From positions 4,677 through 57,518 of the forward strand of contig JAPYQM010000011.1 in assembly GCA_029941235.1 (NCBI GenBank): a DNA stretch of 52,842 nt, written 5' to 3'. Below the pieces are notes generated by a model. That model was given only the letters and a program-made list of their open reading frames with translations, had not been told where the DNA came from and ran no database searches. This document shows, piece by piece, positions 49,868-52,842 of the stretch. A program made the position numbers and the translations under genes. The stretch comes from Myxococcota bacterium. GTDB lineage: Bacteria > Myxococcota_A > UBA9160 > UBA4427. The first letter of the stretch is position 1. The number at the start of each line of letters is the position of its first letter.

Positions 49868-50995
49868 ATGACGATTCACCCGAAGCCTTCCCCAACGACG
49901 AAAATTCAGGTTGTTGTTGTCGCTGGAGCCAGGCCCAATTTCATGAAAATCGCCCCCCTGATGCACGAGTTGAATCGGCGCGGCGAGTTCATGGCCCATC
50001 TCGTTCACACCGGGCAGCATTATGACGATGCCATGTCCAACAATTTTTTCCGGGATCTCGGGATTCCTGAACCGAATATAAATCTGGGCGTAGGATCAGG
50101 CAGCCACGCGGAGCAAACCGGCCAGGTTCTAATCCAGATGGAGGCACTGCTTCAAGACAGACGTCCTGATGCCCTTGTCGTTGTGGGCGACGTCAATTCG
50201 ACCCTGGCCGCCTCACTGGCCGCCGTCAAGCTACAGATACCCATCGCGCATGTTGAGGCCGGGCTTCGGTCGGGCGATCGAACTATGCCCGAAGAAATCA
50301 ACAGGATCCTCACCGATTCTATTTCCACGTGGCTCTTCACCACGGAGCCCGATGGGGATCGGAACCTCCTCCGCGAAGGTACCGACCCAAACCGAATTCA
50401 TCGAGTCGGCAATGTCATGATTGACACTCTACTCGCAAACCTTGAACGTTCGAAGAAACTCAATACCCTTGAAGATCTCGGTCTCGAGCCCGAGGGCTAC
50501 GGGGTACTCACTCTCCACCGACCAGCCAACGTCGACGATACCGACAACCTCAAATCACTCTTTGGAGCACTGGAAGAAGTCCATCGTGACCTGCCGATCA
50601 TTTTCCCCGTGCATCCGCGAACGGCCGCGGCCATCGAGGCCCATCTGGGCGGGAGAAAACCGGACCTTCGGACAACGAAACCTCTTGGCTATCTTGATTT
50701 CCTCCGGCTGATGGCCAACGCGAGGCTCGTCCTCACGGACTCCGGAGGAATTCAAGAAGAGACTACGGCGTTGAGGGTCAGTTGCCTTACCTTGCGTGAG
50801 AACACCGAGAGACCCATCACCGTGACCCAGGGGACCAACACCATCGTCGGAGTGAATCCTCAGGTTATCCTTTCCGAAGCACGAAAAATCCTGAGTGGCG
50901 AAGGAAAGCGAGGCCAGGTCCCGGACTTGTGGGACGGGGGGGCCGCACCGCGCATCGTGGATATTCTTGAACGTGACCTCAGGAGAGAGTGTTGA
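49868..50995 (+). CDS. wecB: UDP-N-acetylglucosamine 2-epimerase (non-hydrolysing)
   Basis: GARPNFMK, HTGQHYD, HVEAGLRS, MPEEINR, TDSGGIQEE, TERP. Confidence 0.94.
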   Translation: MTIHPKPSPTTKIQVVVVAGARPNFMKIAPLMHELNRRGEFMAHLVHTGQHYDDAMSNNFFRDLGIPEPNINLGVGSGSHAEQTGQVLIQMEALLQDRRPDALVVVGDVNSTLAASLAAVKLQIPIAHVEAGLRSGDRTMPEEINRILTDSISTWLFTTEPDGDRNLLREGTDPNRIHRVGNVMIDTLLANLERSKKLNTLEDLGLEPEGYGVLTLHRPANVDDTDNLKSLFGALEEVHRDLPIIFPVHPRTAAAIEAHLGGRKPDLRTTKPLGYLDFLRLMANARLVLTDSGGIQEETTALRVSCLTLRENTERPITVTQGTNTIVGVNPQVILSEARKILSGEGKRGQVPDLWDGGAAPRIVDILERDLRREC

Positions 50996-51030
50996 ACCTG
51001 ATTTCGACATATTTCGCCGAGAAGCCGGTC

Positions 51031-51885
51031 ATGGCTTCCCGTCGCGGACTCGCATGGCAAGTAGGGGGCTTACTTCTACTTCTTACGGTCGTCTATGCCC
51101 CCATTCTCTCAGCCATGGTCGAACATTGGCGAATCGTTCCAGACTACTCTCACGGGTTCCTCATCGTCCCTCTGGCTTTTATTTTCGCCTACGAAAAGAA
51201 GTTTCACCTAAGGGCAGCCGCCATCGAGGGAAGTTGGTGGGGTGTGGCGTTGCTTGCAGTGGGATTATCCCTACTGGCCCTCGGCCAACTCGGAAGTCTG
51301 CTCGCACCCCTCCGAGCGGGCTACGTCTTCAGCATGATGGGACTCGTCCTGCTCCTGCTCGGAAGGGGCGCATTTTCCCTCCTTCTTTTCCCAATGGCGT
51401 TTCTGCTGATGATGGTTCCCCTACCCCAATCGGTGGTCAACATCATCGCCTTTCCTCTCCAATTGATTGCCGCCAAATGGGCCGTTTGGCTTTTGCAGCT
51501 GATCGGAATACCGGTGCTCCTAGAGGGCAATATCATCCATCTTGCGGGTGGAGATCTCTTCGTCGCCGAGGCTTGCAGCGGCCTTCGATCCCTCATGGCC
51601 CTACTGACCCTCGGAATTGTATTCGCCCACTTTTTTCGTCGCGAAAGCCTTTTGCAACAGTGCTTGCTGGTCGCGTCGACGATTCCAATCGCCATCGTGG
51701 TCAACTCCCTGCGCGTCGCTGTCACCGGAATCCTCGCCCATACATACGGCCAGGAGAGCGCGACCGGCTTCATTCATGAATTCCAGGGAATGATTACCTT
51801 CAGCTTGGCCTTTCTGCTGCTGCTGGGCGAGTCCAAAGTCCTCGGCCGGCTCCTCGATCGCCGCCAAGCTGTGGGGACTAGCTAA
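51031..51885 (+). CDS. Exosortase (EpsH family)
   Basis: DYSHGFLI, multiple TM helices, catalytic triad in VAEACSGLRS, NSLRV and FIHEFQG. Alternative GTG start at 50989. Confidence 0.92.
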   Translation: MASRRGLAWQVGGLLLLLTVVYAPILSAMVEHWRIVPDYSHGFLIVPLAFIFAYEKKFHLRAAAIEGSWWGVALLAVGLSLLALGQLGSLLAPLRAGYVFSMMGLVLLLLGRGAFSLLLFPMAFLLMMVPLPQSVVNIIAFPLQLIAAKWAVWLLQLIGIPVLLEGNIIHLAGGDLFVAEACSGLRSLMALLTLGIVFAHFFRRESLLQQCLLVASTIPIAIVVNSLRVAVTGILAHTYGQESATGFIHEFQGMITFSLAFLLLLGESKVLGRLLDRRQAVGTS

Positions 51886-52529
51886 TGGCCAAATTCGGCG
51901 TTGCAATGCTCTTCATTCTTCTCAATCTCTATACCTACCGCTTTTTCGCCAGCGAGGATTTCATCCCTGATCGGGGTGACTTTGCCAACTTCCCCCTCCA
52001 GATCGAGTCCTGGAACTGCTCAAACGCTCAGGAAATGTCGGATGACGTTCTCAGGCGACTCGGTGTCACCGACTACCTGCTCTGCGATTTTAGAAATCCA
52101 GAACTCAGGGCCGTAGCCAACGTCTACGTGGGCTACCACCAGACTCAGACCCGGGATACCGGGGGGAGCGACAACATCATCCATCCGCCAGAGCACTGCC
52201 TGCCCGGTGCGGGGTGGGACATCATCGAGAGCGACGTTGTCCCTCTCAATCTGGGCTTCGGGGGCGAGGCCCGACGTGTCATCATTGCCAAGGGAAACCA
52301 TCGTAATCTCGTCTACTTCTGGTACCAATCGCGCGGACGAGTCATTGCTCGGAACCACGAAAAGGTACTTTATATGTTTCTCGACCGAGCGACTCAGCGG
52401 CGCACCGACGGCTCACTCGTACGCTTCACGGTCCCTGTTTTGCACGGAGACATGGACACGGCAGAGCAAGTCTTCCAGTCTCTAGCAACAAAAATCACCC
52501 CTCTGCTTTCGGATTACGTCCCCAATTAG
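51885..52529 (+). CDS. epsI: EpsI family exosortase-associated protein
   Basis: VYVGYH, IHPPEHCLPGAGW, VYFWYQSRGR, RRTDGSLVR; start overlaps the exosortase stop. Confidence 0.88.
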   Translation: MAKFGVAMLFILLNLYTYRFFASEDFIPDRGDFANFPLQIESWNCSNAQEMSDDVLRRLGVTDYLLCDFRNPELRAVANVYVGYHQTQTRDTGGSDNIIHPPEHCLPGAGWDIIESDVVPLNLGFGGEARRVIIAKGNHRNLVYFWYQSRGRVIARNHEKVLYMFLDRATQRRTDGSLVRFTVPVLHGDMDTAEQVFQSLATKITPLLSDYVPN

Positions 52530-52559
52530 GCGCCTCCCAGCGCGCCCGGGAAATTCAAC

Positions 52560-52842
52560 GTGCGGATTTTATTCATCAGTCACTACTTTCCGCCCGAGGT
52601 CAACGCCCCTGCCAACCGTACCCATGAGCACTGCCGCCGATGGGTCTCCGAGGGTCACGAAGTCACGGTAATCACCGGCGTCCCCAATCACCCCGCGGGC
52701 GCCCTCTTTGGCGGATACAACAATGCATGGCTGCAGGAAGAAGAAGTGGATGGCATCCGGGTAATCCGAACCTGGATGTTTCTGGCCGCGAATGCTGGGT
52801 TCGCCAAACGCATCCTGAACTACATTCTATTCGGCATAACGG
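52560..52842 (+). CDS. Glycosyltransferase family 4, N-terminal part (cut by window end)
   Basis: Hand translation from GTG 52560: MRILFISHYFPPEVNAPANRTHEHCRRWVSEGHEVTVITGVPNHPAG...; not in the supplied ORF track because it has no stop in the window. Confidence 0.88.
   Translation, partial: MRILFISHYFPPEVNAPANRTHEHCRRWVSEGHEVTVITGVPNHPAGALFGGYNNAWLQEEEVDGIRVIRTWMFLAANAGFAKRILNYILFGIT

Overview
GC-rich bacterial chromosomal segment, densely coding and mostly on the minus strand. Gene content and order suggest a Myxococcota/deltaproteobacterial-type organism (inference only). Left to right: (1) Tgl/PilF-like TPR lipoprotein, RodZ-like HTH, recO and alpha2-type glycyl-tRNA synthetase; (2) a TCA block, icd-mdh-sucC-sucD converging on korA-korB; (3) aspS and a pseudo-receiver/GAF/GGDEF diguanylate cyclase; (4) a DUF1329 + YCF48/BNR beta-propeller lipoprotein pair, divergent from an ABC1/AarF/UbiB atypical kinase; (5) a long run of LysM (TsaP-like)-dprA-trmFO-xerC-hslV-hslU-[REC-GAF-GAF]-argB-argF-[J/TPR protein + short Hsp70]-argG; (6) an ~18 kb exopolysaccharide/exosortase (PEP-CTERM-type) locus that runs off the right end. 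I saw no rRNA, tRNA, CRISPR array or mobile element. The most unusual observations are a degenerate OmpA-like domain inserted between blades 4 and 5 of the YCF48-type propeller, a translationally coupled J-domain/TPR protein plus 'lidless' Hsp70 inserted among arg genes near HslUV, and an output-less REC(D->E)-GAF-GAF protein. All calls come from motif recognition by eye; no database searches were run and several start codons are best guesses.
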